A stretch of DNA of 64,000 bases, taken from Planctomycetota bacterium. Its GTDB lineage: Bacteria > Planctomycetota > GCA-002687715 > DRQF01. A model generated the notes under the pieces. That model made no database searches and was not told the DNA's origin. It worked only from the letters and a program-made list of their open reading frames with translations. The stretch spans positions 22,426 to 86,425 of the forward strand of contig JAZGFI010000235.1 of assembly GCA_036479435.1 (NCBI GenBank), written 5' to 3'. Below, piece by piece: positions 39,500 to 49,285 of this stretch (position 1 is the first letter of the stretch; each line of letters starts with the position of its first letter). Position numbers and translations under genes: made by a program.

Positions 39500-39798
39500 G
39501 CTGCCTCAGAACCCGTGGCAGCCGGCAGCTCAGAATTTCTCGACACCTTGAGGCCAGATGATGGTGAGCGTCCGAGTTCTCTTCCGAGCGTGTGCATCAA
39601 GACACGGGTTAGCAGCGACAAGCCCACGAACATGATCACTCCCACCACCACCGCGCGGCCCATGGCGGTGGACAATGCCACCCCTTGCCACAGGGCAGCA
39701 GCGTAGGCCAAGCCCGCAGTCGGGAGGGCGACCGTGGCGCCCACGAGCTTGCCAAGCAAGGCGGGGGCGCTGAGTTTTCGGGGCGGATTCTTCGCCAT
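39496..39798 (-). CDS. Small 2-TM membrane protein heading the fliA operon
   Basis: Two hydrophobic helices; ATGA overlap with fliA; GAGG RBS. Confidence 0.65.
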   Translation of the reverse strand: MAKNPPRKLSAPALLGKLVGATVALPTAGLAYAAALWQGVALSTAMGRAVVVGVIMFVGLSLLTRVLMHTLGRELGRSPSSGLKVSRNSELPAATGSEAA

Positions 39799-39830
39799 AG
39801 TCCTCGGATCCAGGTCTCCTTACGAAACCT

Positions 39831-39859
39831 TTATCGGCATTTTCATGCATCCACCCTGA
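39831..39859 (-). promoter_or_regulatory. Putative sigma28 promoter of the fliA operon
   Basis: Perfect GCCGATAA on the minus strand (39838-39831); weak TCAG -35 element. Confidence 0.55.
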
Positions 39860-40083
39860 GGCCCCGCCTGCATGAATTCTCAGAGCCAGATTCGATTCGA
39901 GAGCCCCTTCTGACCTCGCGCAACCTGCCTTAACAGTATATTGACAAATGATTTAAACTGATCTGCCTGGATTTCTTCAGCGAAAACGCAAAGCCGACCG
40001 AAAGGTGGGTGCTCGGAGACGGCGACCCAACCAGGCGCGCGCCGAGCTCGAAAGCCTCTTTTTCTACGCAAAGGAGACGAGCG

Positions 40084-41964
40084 ATGAACTTCCTCGCCAC
40101 CATCCCCTCTCGCCCCGCATTGACGCGGTCTTGGTCCCTCTTCATGACGATGACCCTGGTCGCCGCCGCCCTGCTTTTTGGCAGTGCCGCCTCCCTCATC
40201 GGGCAAACCGCCTACGTCGGCCTCTACGACAAAGGCAAAGGCCCAGCCTTTTTGGCTGAGCTCAGCAGCTTCAAGTCCTTCGTCAAGCACGACGCCACGA
40301 TGGCCCAAAAGGGCCTCCGCCTGATCGACTTCAAAGCAACAGGCAGCGGAGCGGACCGGCGTTACCTCGGCAGCTACGTCGCCGGCGGCGGCAAGCGTTT
40401 TTTGTCTCGCCTGGAGTCCTTCGGGGCTTTCTCTAAACACTTCTCGAAGAAATTCAAAGATGGCCTTCGTCTGATCGACTTCGAGACCTTCAACTCCGCG
40501 GGAAAGCGCCACTACGTAGGCGTCTACCGTCAAGGCAAGGGCGGAGCCTTCCTCTCTCATTTCACCAAGTACAAGGCCTTTAGCAAACACCTCGCCACCG
40601 CCTACGGCCAAGGTTTGCGTCTGATCGACTTCGAGTGCTTTGTCGAAGGCGGCAAGCGCCACTACGTAGGCGTCTATCGTCAGGGCAAGGGTGGCAACAT
40701 TTTGGCGATGAAGGACAGTTGGAAGGGATTCCGCAGCAATCACAAAAAGCTCCTCGCCAAAAACCTCCGCCTCGTCGATTTTGACTACTACCGTGATTCT
40801 AAGAAACGCCACTACGTCGGCGTGTATCGCGCCGGCAAAGGCCCGTCCTTGGCACTTCGCCATTCGGGTTTCGAAGCCTTCAAGGCGAGCTACAGCAAAC
40901 GATACAAAAAGGGCTTTCGCTTGCGCGACATTGAAGTCGTCCCCGCTCCGCCCTGGTCGAAGAAAAAGGCCGTAAGTGCCGCGATGGCGAAGTATCGTGC
41001 CGCCAACAAAGTCACCGGGATGAGCACCGCGATTCTAAAAGACGGTGAACTCGTGTACTGCGAGGGTAGTGGTTGGGAAGACCGCAAGAACAAAAAGAAG
41101 GCGGGCGCCAACACCATCTACCGCTTGGCTTCGGTCTCCAAGCCCATCACTTCGACGATTGCCATGCGCCTCGTGGATCAGGGAAAACTCGACATCACCC
41201 GCGATGCGCGGGCCTACGCCAAGGGCCTCCCCAAGAAAAAATGGTCGTTCACCGTACGTGACCTCATGTGCCACCTCTCCGGAATCCGCCACTACGCGGG
41301 CAGCAACGACCCGATCCGAAACGTGAAGAAAGAGTATGCAACCTGCACGGAGGCGATGAACTTGTTCAAAAACGACCCCCTAAAGTTCAAGCCGCGCACC
41401 AAGGTAGCTAAGTCCTACAGCACCCCGGCCATCACCGTTCTCGGCGCTTGTATCGAAACCGCCGCTAAGCGTTCTTTCAAGTCTCACTTCGAAGCGCTCA
41501 TCACCAAGAAGTTCGGCTGCAAGACTTTCCGCGCCTACAACGCCAAATCAAAACTGCCGCACGTCTCCAAACTCTACGCCAAGCAATCGACCCAAGAATC
41601 CAAACCCGATCGCATCAGCTGGAAACTCCCCGGTGGCGGCATGATGAGTTCAGCTCCCGACCTCGCCCGTTTCACCGGCTACATCCTCGCGGGCCGCATC
41701 GTCTCTAAAAAGAACATGAAGAAAATGTGGACTCGCCAAATCCGCGACGACGGCAGCGTCTCCGGTTTCGGTTTGGGCTGGGGCGTCTCTTCGGTCAATG
41801 GTCGCAAAGTCGTGCAACACAGCGGTAGCCAAAACGGCGCCGCAACCTTCCTGCGCGCCTACCCCGACCACGGCTACGTAGTCGTCGTCCTTTCGAACTG
41901 CCGCGGCCACAAACCTGCACAGCTCGCCGCCACGATCAACGGCATCCTCTTCCCAAGTTCTTAA
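40084..41964 (+). CDS. Secreted serine hydrolase (class C beta-lactamase/PBP family) with five 50-aa N-terminal repeats (BTRD1-like)
   Basis: ASVSK (SxxK), YST, HSGSQ; repeats GLRLIDF...YVGVY; AAGGAG RBS. Confidence 0.88.
   Translation: MNFLATIPSRPALTRSWSLFMTMTLVAAALLFGSAASLIGQTAYVGLYDKGKGPAFLAELSSFKSFVKHDATMAQKGLRLIDFKATGSGADRRYLGSYVAGGGKRFLSRLESFGAFSKHFSKKFKDGLRLIDFETFNSAGKRHYVGVYRQGKGGAFLSHFTKYKAFSKHLATAYGQGLRLIDFECFVEGGKRHYVGVYRQGKGGNILAMKDSWKGFRSNHKKLLAKNLRLVDFDYYRDSKKRHYVGVYRAGKGPSLALRHSGFEAFKASYSKRYKKGFRLRDIEVVPAPPWSKKKAVSAAMAKYRAANKVTGMSTAILKDGELVYCEGSGWEDRKNKKKAGANTIYRLASVSKPITSTIAMRLVDQGKLDITRDARAYAKGLPKKKWSFTVRDLMCHLSGIRHYAGSNDPIRNVKKEYATCTEAMNLFKNDPLKFKPRTKVAKSYSTPAITVLGACIETAAKRSFKSHFEALITKKFGCKTFRAYNAKSKLPHVSKLYAKQSTQESKPDRISWKLPGGGMMSSAPDLARFTGYILAGRIVSKKNMKKMWTRQIRDDGSVSGFGLGWGVSSVNGRKVVQHSGSQNGAATFLRAYPDHGYVVVVLSNCRGHKPAQLAATINGILFPSS
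40200..40945 (+). repeat. Intragenic tandem repeat, 150-bp period x5
   Basis: CTGATCGACTTC-like word at 40321, 40471, 40621, 40771 and 40921. Confidence 0.85.
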
Positions 41965-41985
41965 TCTATGGCTGACGTGAACCAA

Positions 41986-42038
41986 GGGAGCCCCGCAGTC
42001 TCGGCTCATCCGTCGAGGCCCGTGGGGCTTCTTCTTTT
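41986..42038 (+). terminator. Intrinsic terminator
   Basis: GGAGCCCCGC...GTGGGGCTTC stem followed by TTCTTTT. Confidence 0.65.
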
Positions 42039-42276
42039 GGCAAGCGTTCCCAAAAACCAACACCGGTGTCTTCTTGAACTTCCCGCACTAGCCATAGGTC
42101 ACTGAGTTCTTTGGCGTTCAGCATCCAAGCCGACCAGGCGCTGAAGAAAGCCGAAGGTAACTGGACATCTGACTACGCGTGCCGCATGATGAAAATGAAA
42201 TGGGCGTAGTAACTAGAGATCCCCAGCAAGTTCGCAGCTTTGGGCTGCCCTTGCGGACCAAAGGAGCAGAGTCCTC

Positions 42277-42783
42277 ATGAGTACGTGTTTTGTCGTGATG
42301 GGCTTCGGCATCAAGACGGACTATCGCACCCAGCGGACGCTCGATTTGGACAAGACCTACAAGATCATCAAGTCAGCGGTTGAAAAAGCAGGCATCGAGT
42401 GCGTCAGGGCTGATGACATCGTGCATTCCGGTATTATCGACAAGCCGATGTACGAGATGCTGCTTAACGCCGACATCGTGATTGCAGACCTTTCGACTTC
42501 AAACGAGAACGCAATCTACGAATTGGGCGTGCGTCACGGGCTCCGACCGTTTACGACGATTGTCATCGCTGAAGACAAATTTAAGTTTCCCTTCGACCTC
42601 AGCCACGTCATGATTCGACCTTACCAACATCTTGGGACCGGTATTGACTTCGAAGAAGCAGAGCGACTACGAAACGAGCTGATCAAGGCGATAGCTGAGT
42701 TGTTGGAAAAAAACGTCGTCGACAGCCCCGTCTATTACTCGTTGCCTAATCTTGATCCGCCGCATGATGGCGGTGCGAATTAG
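42277..42783 (+). CDS. Nucleoside 2-deoxyribosyltransferase-like (DRHyd) domain protein
   Basis: CFVVMGFG, CVRADD, ADIVIADLSTSNENAIYELGVRH, PFD, DSPVY. Confidence 0.8.
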   Translation: MSTCFVVMGFGIKTDYRTQRTLDLDKTYKIIKSAVEKAGIECVRADDIVHSGIIDKPMYEMLLNADIVIADLSTSNENAIYELGVRHGLRPFTTIVIAEDKFKFPFDLSHVMIRPYQHLGTGIDFEEAERLRNELIKAIAELLEKNVVDSPVYYSLPNLDPPHDGGAN

Positions 42784-42804
42784 AACTGGTGGAGAAGTAC
42801 GACG

Positions 42805-43536
42805 ATGTCTGAAATGCAAAGCGAACAACCAGCATCACAACCGTCCAGCTTTAGTGAACTGCTCGACGCTTTTCATGAGGCGAGAGTCATAGGCGATTTC
42901 GAAGAGGCATGCCGCCATATTGGGTTACTTCGGGCTCGCAATCCAAGCGACCCCTATCTCGTTCAGCAACATGCTTTGGTCACCTACAAAGGCAAATCTC
43001 CGAATCTGTTGGAAGCGCTCCAGGAAGCGCTCAAGATCTTGTCAGAGAAGCTTGATCCTCATGAGAGCAACGATCCCGAGACACTAGGACTCTGGGGAGC
43101 CATCCACAAACGTCTGTGGGAAGAGACCGACGATCGCAAACACTTAGACGAAGCAGAGTGGGCCTACGAGCGTGGGTTTTACCTTCGGCGGGATTACTAC
43201 AACGGCATCAATTTTGCCTTTTTGTTAGACGTTCGGGCGAAGCTGCAACAAGACCCCGATGAAGCGACAGCGGACCGAATCATCGCAAAAAGGGTGCGAA
43301 GGCGTGTCTTGAAGTACGTCGATGACGCCATTACCGCCTTACCGAAAGACCGAAACGGAAAGCAGAATCCGGAAGAAGTCTATTGGCTCAATGCAACGCG
43401 GGCTGAGGCGTTGATGGGGCTTGGCGACGACGTGGAGTTTGACCGCATCAAGAAATCCTTGTTCGACAGCGCTCCCGAGGCGTGGATGGTGGAGTCAACT
43501 GAAAACCAGCTTGATTCGTTGCGCAAGCTACTATGA
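42805..43536 (+). CDS. TPR-S / MAP3K TRAFs-binding (DUF4071-like) domain protein
   Basis: QQHALVTYK, DPETLGLWGAIHKRLW, YERGF...YYNGINFA, YWLNATRAEA; GGAGA RBS. Confidence 0.8.
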   Translation: MSEMQSEQPASQPSSFSELLDAFHEARVIGDFEEACRHIGLLRARNPSDPYLVQQHALVTYKGKSPNLLEALQEALKILSEKLDPHESNDPETLGLWGAIHKRLWEETDDRKHLDEAEWAYERGFYLRRDYYNGINFAFLLDVRAKLQQDPDEATADRIIAKRVRRRVLKYVDDAITALPKDRNGKQNPEEVYWLNATRAEALMGLGDDVEFDRIKKSLFDSAPEAWMVESTENQLDSLRKLL

Positions 43537-43644
43537 GCCGGCATTCGACGACCATGAAACACGGGCCAGGGTTTGTCGGCAACCACCCGTCCAGCATGAG
43601 CACAACAGCTTGCTTGTGTCAGATCGTCATGGGATTTGATTCAG

Positions 43645-45381
43645 ATGAATGATCATGGTGGACATGTCTTCATCAGCTACTGCACGAAAAATAAGGGGGC
43701 AGCAACATCGCTGGCGAAGGCCCTCGAGGGCAGCCTGCCTTGCTGGTTCGCGGAACGAGACATCCCGGCTACGTCTGACTGGCAATCCGAAATCGTGAAG
43801 GCTATCGAGGTGTGCTCGGTGCTCGTATTGGTCTTGACAGCAGAGGCGAACCGATCCAGAGACGTCAGAAAAGAGGTCTTGCTCGCCGACCAACTTCATA
43901 AGCCAATCCTGCGTATCAACATTGGAAAATTCAAACTATCGCGTTCGTTGACGTATCAGCTTTCAGGAATTCAGTATCTAAGTTGGAGTCACTTCAAACA
44001 CGTCGACTTCAATAAAATCAAACGTGTAGTTGAGCAGCGCCAGTCACAAAGACCGATCGCTGAGGCTGAAGGCCCCACCGCTGAGATTGCCCAAGATCAA
44101 CCCGAGCAACAAGAGCTCTGGTTCGAAGAATCGATAGGAGTTTCGTCGGCGCATCGCCCCAATCTTCGTCCTAGGCATCGGCCTCAATCAACGAGTCGCC
44201 CCGCGGGGATTGTTTCCGAAAGACAACGAGGCAACGCAACGCGGGTGTCGGTCGTTTTTCAGCAGTTTCGAGACGTACCCGGTGATTTGCGGATCTTTGC
44301 GGCGCGGTTTTTGAAGCGAGTCGACCCGGATACATGGCAGGGTCGCAAGGATTTTGCCCTGGTCGAAAAGAAGTTCTTGTCGACTGTCGATAACGTGGCC
44401 GATGTGTTGAGGCGATTGTTGAAAGCGGAATTGCAGATCGCGACCAAACTTCGGCTGGACATCATGACTGACATCGAAGATGCTTTTCGCGCCACAAACG
44501 CTTCTCTACTTGCGATCCGTCCCGATTCTCGGGACGAGAAAGCCGACCGGCTGCTGGAGCAAAACATCTTTGATTTCGAAAAGCTGGCGCGGCGCTATCG
44601 AGCTCAGATTCGACGCATTTACCGGCTTCGCAACTACGCACTTACGAGCGCGTTGACTTTCGGATTTGCGGCCACCTTAGGCGGGCTCGCTTGGTCCGTT
44701 GCGGCCAACTGGGCATGGTCGTCTTCCGTTCTTGACATCAGTTTTTGGCCAAGGCTTGAGGACCGGGAGAAGTACACTCGCTTTGGGTTTTCAAGTAGTT
44801 GGAAAATTGTCGCTGCACTCGTTCTGGTGGCGTTTTCAATCGGCATGGCGCGTCCACAGAGATGGATTCGTCGTGTCTTGTTCGTTGTCATCGGAGCTAT
44901 CGGAGCGACCTTGATCTTGCGATGGAACACTCTTGGGCCCTTCTACTTCCACATGAAGGATCCGACTGCGGTCTGGGATAGCCTAACTTCGGCCTATGGC
45001 AACATGACTAGTGCCTTCACAGATTCTGACAAACAGAATCAGATTATCCGCGCTTTTGCCTCCGTCGGAGTTGTTGCTGGGATCTTGTTTTTGATCAAAG
45101 ACATCCGGAGCGCGCACCGTCCAGCTTGGTGGAAATTAGGCGTCTACTGGATTGGGGCCCTTGGGGCGATTTTCGTGACACACTTCGTCCTAGAGCAACT
45201 ATTCGCGACGACGTCCAAGGGCCAAGGCCGTAACGGTTTAGCCAGCTTGAGAACCCCGATCATCTTGACGCGGGCCGCACTGACCTCGTGTCTTGTAATT
45301 GCCGTGTCGCTTGTCTTGAAGGCGCCATGGATCTCGTGGGGGTTGGACAAGCAAAGGCGCGCATTCAAGGCCCAATGTTGA
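43645..45381 (+). CDS. TIR-domain protein with C-terminal multi-TM region
   Basis: HVFISY, CWFAERDI, EIVKAI, SRDVRKEV; about 6 TMs at the C-terminus. Confidence 0.85.
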   Translation: MNDHGGHVFISYCTKNKGAATSLAKALEGSLPCWFAERDIPATSDWQSEIVKAIEVCSVLVLVLTAEANRSRDVRKEVLLADQLHKPILRINIGKFKLSRSLTYQLSGIQYLSWSHFKHVDFNKIKRVVEQRQSQRPIAEAEGPTAEIAQDQPEQQELWFEESIGVSSAHRPNLRPRHRPQSTSRPAGIVSERQRGNATRVSVVFQQFRDVPGDLRIFAARFLKRVDPDTWQGRKDFALVEKKFLSTVDNVADVLRRLLKAELQIATKLRLDIMTDIEDAFRATNASLLAIRPDSRDEKADRLLEQNIFDFEKLARRYRAQIRRIYRLRNYALTSALTFGFAATLGGLAWSVAANWAWSSSVLDISFWPRLEDREKYTRFGFSSSWKIVAALVLVAFSIGMARPQRWIRRVLFVVIGAIGATLILRWNTLGPFYFHMKDPTAVWDSLTSAYGNMTSAFTDSDKQNQIIRAFASVGVVAGILFLIKDIRSAHRPAWWKLGVYWIGALGAIFVTHFVLEQLFATTSKGQGRNGLASLRTPIILTRAALTSCLVIAVSLVLKAPWISWGLDKQRRAFKAQC

Positions 45382-45390
45382 CCCTCATTT

Positions 45391-46827
45391 TCAGAGGGTC
45401 TTTAGGAACTCGATGAGGGCAGATTTTTGGTCCTCGCTCAGTTCGCTGCCGTAGCTGTGCCCTTGGTTGCCATCGCCACGGGTCTTGGTGTCGTGCAACC
45501 AGCCTTCGCGTTTGGCATCAGGCCCCTTGCATACAAAGCCGACGTCTTGCGAATCGTAAACGTCAAATCCGCGGTAAAACTTTGAGACACGATTTTCCGG
45601 AATCTTGAGGAGTTCGCGCAGATTGGGGACTGAGCCGTTGTGAAGATACGGCGCCCTCATCCAGATGCCGTCTAGGGGTGAGCTTAGGTAGCCAGTCTGC
45701 TTGATGACAGGTTCTCGGCCTTTGAATCCCATGTCATCGACAACTTCATTGAAGGTATCTGCGGCAAATTGCGACCATGCTCTTTCCCGCTCGGGATCGG
45801 TCTGAATCTCGTCCAGACTGATCACGGTGTTGGTAAGGGCTTGGCCAGGCTCGTGGCATCGCGCGCAGTGCTCAGAATAAAGAGCGCCGCCGCGAGTGGC
45901 TAGCGGCTGATTGATTTCAAAGGGGTAGGGTGGCGGGGCTAGATTGTTCATGAAATCTTCGATACGCTTTGCGTGATCAGAAAACTCTGAGTCCGGCTGT
46001 GCGCCTACGCCTAGGGCCGAGTCAATCACGACAGATCTCAAAGAAGGCGACTCGCCGCACCAATTTAAGTACTTGTTGGAGCCAGTGCGGGCCTTCATGT
46101 TCCAAACGGAATTAAAATCGCAGGCACCTGCAGAGCCATCGACGGTCATATTGGCCAAAGCGTACTTCGGCAAGTTGAAAGCATCGTCGCGACCGGGGCC
46201 CCACTCGGGATTGTCGTTCATCCAGTCGAGTTTTTTGCCCTGTTCAATGAGGGCGGCTTTGGTGCGCGGGATGATGACGAATCGGTAGAGCACTTTGTCG
46301 AGATAGGACAGCTCGGTTTCCTTTTGGATTTCTTCGAGCAAAGTGCTGGCGGTGAATCTCGGGTCGTTCGCCGCAGCTACGAGGAATCGCAGCATTTCTT
46401 GGACACGAAATGAATGGCCGGGGGCTCCGATGACGACTGTCGGAGTCTCGTCGAGCTTACTTCGGTAGGTGCCGACGTGGCACAAAGCACAGTTGTTTCC
46501 CACTCGAGGAAAACCGATGGTTCGTTTTGTGAACCCCACTGGCAGCTCTTGACCCTCTTCCCAGACAAGGCCGAAAGCCTTGTAGCCTCCAGCTCTTGGC
46601 ATGTGCTCCGGGAAGATCCGAGGCAAGACGAGCCAAATCCAATAGGGAATGCCGGCGTCCGCTTCGCCACCGACCGAGCCGTACTTGAATTGTTCGTTTG
46701 CATCATCAAAAGTCTGCTCGGGTTCTTCGCGGAAGAACTTGTACCAAGCGACAAGGCCAAGGATGACCATGAGGATGCCCAGGATGAGGCTGAACTTGAT
46801 CAGTCGCTTTTTGGTGCTCGTTTTCAT
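45391..46827 (-). CDS. Membrane-anchored di-heme c-type cytochrome, RoxA/MauG-like
   Basis: CALCH and CARCH; LDGIWMRAPYLHNGSVP; GNQGH; ALIEFLKTL. Confidence 0.85.
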   Translation of the reverse strand: MKTSTKKRLIKFSLILGILMVILGLVAWYKFFREEPEQTFDDANEQFKYGSVGGEADAGIPYWIWLVLPRIFPEHMPRAGGYKAFGLVWEEGQELPVGFTKRTIGFPRVGNNCALCHVGTYRSKLDETPTVVIGAPGHSFRVQEMLRFLVAAANDPRFTASTLLEEIQKETELSYLDKVLYRFVIIPRTKAALIEQGKKLDWMNDNPEWGPGRDDAFNLPKYALANMTVDGSAGACDFNSVWNMKARTGSNKYLNWCGESPSLRSVVIDSALGVGAQPDSEFSDHAKRIEDFMNNLAPPPYPFEINQPLATRGGALYSEHCARCHEPGQALTNTVISLDEIQTDPERERAWSQFAADTFNEVVDDMGFKGREPVIKQTGYLSSPLDGIWMRAPYLHNGSVPNLRELLKIPENRVSKFYRGFDVYDSQDVGFVCKGPDAKREGWLHDTKTRGDGNQGHSYGSELSEDQKSALIEFLKTL

Positions 46828-46837
46828 CGTCTGACGC

Positions 46838-48754
46838 CTAAAAAGTCTTCATGTATTCAACGATTGCGTCTTTATCACGGCTTGAGAGTTCTGTTCCATA
46901 CTCTGGGCCTTCGTGGCCTTGGTTGCCGTTGCCCTTGAGCTTTGTGTCAAACGAGAAGAACTCGCGATCACCTTCGCGCTGGACGCTAGAAACAAAACCG
47001 ACGCGCTTAGAATCGAAGACGTCATAGCCCCGAAAAAAGGACTCCGGTCTTCTGGAGGCGGGTTCCATCAAGTCTCGGAGGGTCGGCACTGAACCGTTGT
47101 GCAAGTAGGGGGCCCGCAGCCAGATGCCGTCAAGCGGCTGGTTGGCATAACCAAAAGTTTTGCGGAAGTGGCGGAATCTCTCGTCGGGATAGCCAGCGTA
47201 GAGTGAATTTTGGTTCGCAGCCAAGATGGCGGTGTAGGAATCAAGACGGTGAGGATCTGTGCCAATCTCTTGGATAGGCGTCACCATTCCGACGAGTTCG
47301 CCCGAAAAATCTCGGCCAGTGTTGCCATGACAGCGGGAACAATACTGCATGTACAGCGGCTGGCCACGTTTTGCGAGCGCCTTGTCGAACGAAACGAGTG
47401 GGGATTCTTGCGGGAATCTGGGAGGTTCGGCATCCTCCAACCACGCCACGATTCGATTCATGGCATCGCGATCAAGAGTGGTGGGGAAGGCGCCAGTGCC
47501 AAAAGCGGCACTTCGATTGCGTTCTTCAGTGCGCGTGTTGTTGCCGTCCCAATGAAGTTGCATGCCCCGGCGTGGGCGCTGGAGCCAAATGGAAGTCAGG
47601 TCGCAGTTGCCGACCCATTCTCGTTCGGGAAGGTCTTTCATGGGGAAGTTCATGAGGACCTTGGGAGAATTGAAGGTGTCGACCCGACCCGGGCCAGCCT
47701 CCGGTTCTCGGTCGAGGAAAGATAGAAATCGCTGACGAAGCATCAACAGCCGGTCGCGCATCAAGCTGACACCCACGTAGCGAAGCAACAAGCGGTTGAT
47801 GAAGTCCTCTTCGATGCCCTGTCGTTCCAACTCTGCCATGATGCGTTCACCGGTGAATCGCTCATCCGTCGCACAGGCAAACAGAAATCGTTCAAACTTT
47901 TCGAGGTCCAAAGCATTGGCCGGCATCCCTAGGACGACTTGGCGCGGTTGATCGGGCGCCAAACGCACTGTGCCGACGTGGCAGACCGCGCAGTTCAAAA
48001 AGACGGTTTCAATGCCGCGTACGTTGCGTTGCGAGACACCGATCGGCAGGTCCTTGCCGTTTTCGTAAAGAAAGCCAAGGGACCTCAAGCCTTCGCCCGG
48101 AAGGTACTCAGGAAACATCTTTGGCAGCAGGTGCCAAATCGCCAATGGGATTCCGGATTTGCGTTCGCCGCCCGTCGATCCGTATTTGAAATGATCTTCG
48201 GCACTTTCGTAGCCGACAGCTTGGTCGCGGTTGATTCGAACAAGCAAATACACAGTGATGACCAAGATCGCGGCCAGAGTTGCCGCCATCACTCGGCGGG
48301 CGAGCCTAGGTGGGGCTTCGTAGTTGTACCTCAAAGAAAAGTAGCCGACTCTCCATTTTCTAATGAAGACAAGACCCAAATAGAGACCGGGCGCAATTTC
48401 TCGCACCTCGTCTCGCACTGCTCGGGCAATCAACGATGTCTTGGAATAGTCGAGGATGTAGCAGGGTTTTCCGTCCAGCCGGCTTGGCCCTTCAACGACA
48501 TTGGCTTTGATATCACGAAAGCCAAAAGGCGAGACTCGATTCTTGAGGGTTCCCTCAGAACGATTGACCACCTTGCCTTGCCAAATGAAAACCCGAATCA
48601 AAAAAGTCAAGAAGCGCCCATGCCAAGTCCCAGGGCACAACATGGCCGCTCCGGTTCCTTCGCCGTCCGGAGCAGCACCAAGGGCACTGTCTCGAAAGAG
48701 CGCATCAAGCTCCTCAGGACATTTGGCGGAAAGTGAACGTTGGTTCAAAGTCAT
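46838..48754 (-). CDS. WQGK-type N-terminal domain fused to RoxA-like di-heme cytochrome c
   Basis: N-terminal WQGK...DYS...RDEVREIAPGLYLG; TM; CAVCH, CSRCH, APYLHNGSVP. Confidence 0.85.
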   Translation of the reverse strand: MTLNQRSLSAKCPEELDALFRDSALGAAPDGEGTGAAMLCPGTWHGRFLTFLIRVFIWQGKVVNRSEGTLKNRVSPFGFRDIKANVVEGPSRLDGKPCYILDYSKTSLIARAVRDEVREIAPGLYLGLVFIRKWRVGYFSLRYNYEAPPRLARRVMAATLAAILVITVYLLVRINRDQAVGYESAEDHFKYGSTGGERKSGIPLAIWHLLPKMFPEYLPGEGLRSLGFLYENGKDLPIGVSQRNVRGIETVFLNCAVCHVGTVRLAPDQPRQVVLGMPANALDLEKFERFLFACATDERFTGERIMAELERQGIEEDFINRLLLRYVGVSLMRDRLLMLRQRFLSFLDREPEAGPGRVDTFNSPKVLMNFPMKDLPEREWVGNCDLTSIWLQRPRRGMQLHWDGNNTRTEERNRSAAFGTGAFPTTLDRDAMNRIVAWLEDAEPPRFPQESPLVSFDKALAKRGQPLYMQYCSRCHGNTGRDFSGELVGMVTPIQEIGTDPHRLDSYTAILAANQNSLYAGYPDERFRHFRKTFGYANQPLDGIWLRAPYLHNGSVPTLRDLMEPASRRPESFFRGYDVFDSKRVGFVSSVQREGDREFFSFDTKLKGNGNQGHEGPEYGTELSSRDKDAIVEYMKTF

Positions 48755-48811
48755 GGATTGTCTCGATCTGCGTGCAGCCGGATGGAACTTCGCTATCTAG
48801 GTTGCGGCGAA

Positions 48812-49285
48812 CTAACTTTTGCTGGCCAAGGCGAATCTCAAAAACGGTTTCTTGCCGGCTTTCTTCTGTCCCCAAAACACAACGCCGAGATAAACTCCGG
48901 GTTCGACTTCGCGAATCTCGTCGCGGATCGCTTTGGCAAAAAATGACGTTGTGGAATAGTCTATTACGATGGTCTCTTTGCCATCGAGCCAGCTCTTATC
49001 TTTGTAGACTTTGGCCACGACGAAGGTAAGGCTGAAGCACGAGACTTTGTTGATAAGGAGGCCATGATCCGGTGGGGCGAAGATGTCAAAGACCTTGCCT
49101 TGCCATCCAAAGCAGCGAGCGAAGGCGGCGATGCATCTTGCAAAGATGCTCCCCGCGACGATCGCAGTCCCCCGCGTATCACCTTTTGGAAGTTCGCCGG
49201 CTTTCGCCGATGAATAAATCTTGTCCAAGTCCTCCGGGGACATCCCCAGCCACTGTTTGATTTTTGTGTTCACCATTTGGCTCAC
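48812..49285 (-). CDS. Stand-alone WQGK-type domain protein
   Basis: WQGKVF...DGK..IVIDYS...IRDEIREVEPGVYLG; a clear paralog of the next gene's N-terminus. Confidence 0.8.
   Translation of the reverse strand: MSQMVNTKIKQWLGMSPEDLDKIYSSAKAGELPKGDTRGTAIVAGSIFARCIAAFARCFGWQGKVFDIFAPPDHGLLINKVSCFSLTFVVAKVYKDKSWLDGKETIVIDYSTTSFFAKAIRDEIREVEPGVYLGVVFWGQKKAGKKPFLRFALASKS

Noticed and set aside
39880..40863. 327-aa minus-strand ORF with repeats
   Set aside because: Antisense shadow of the repetitive serine hydrolase gene.
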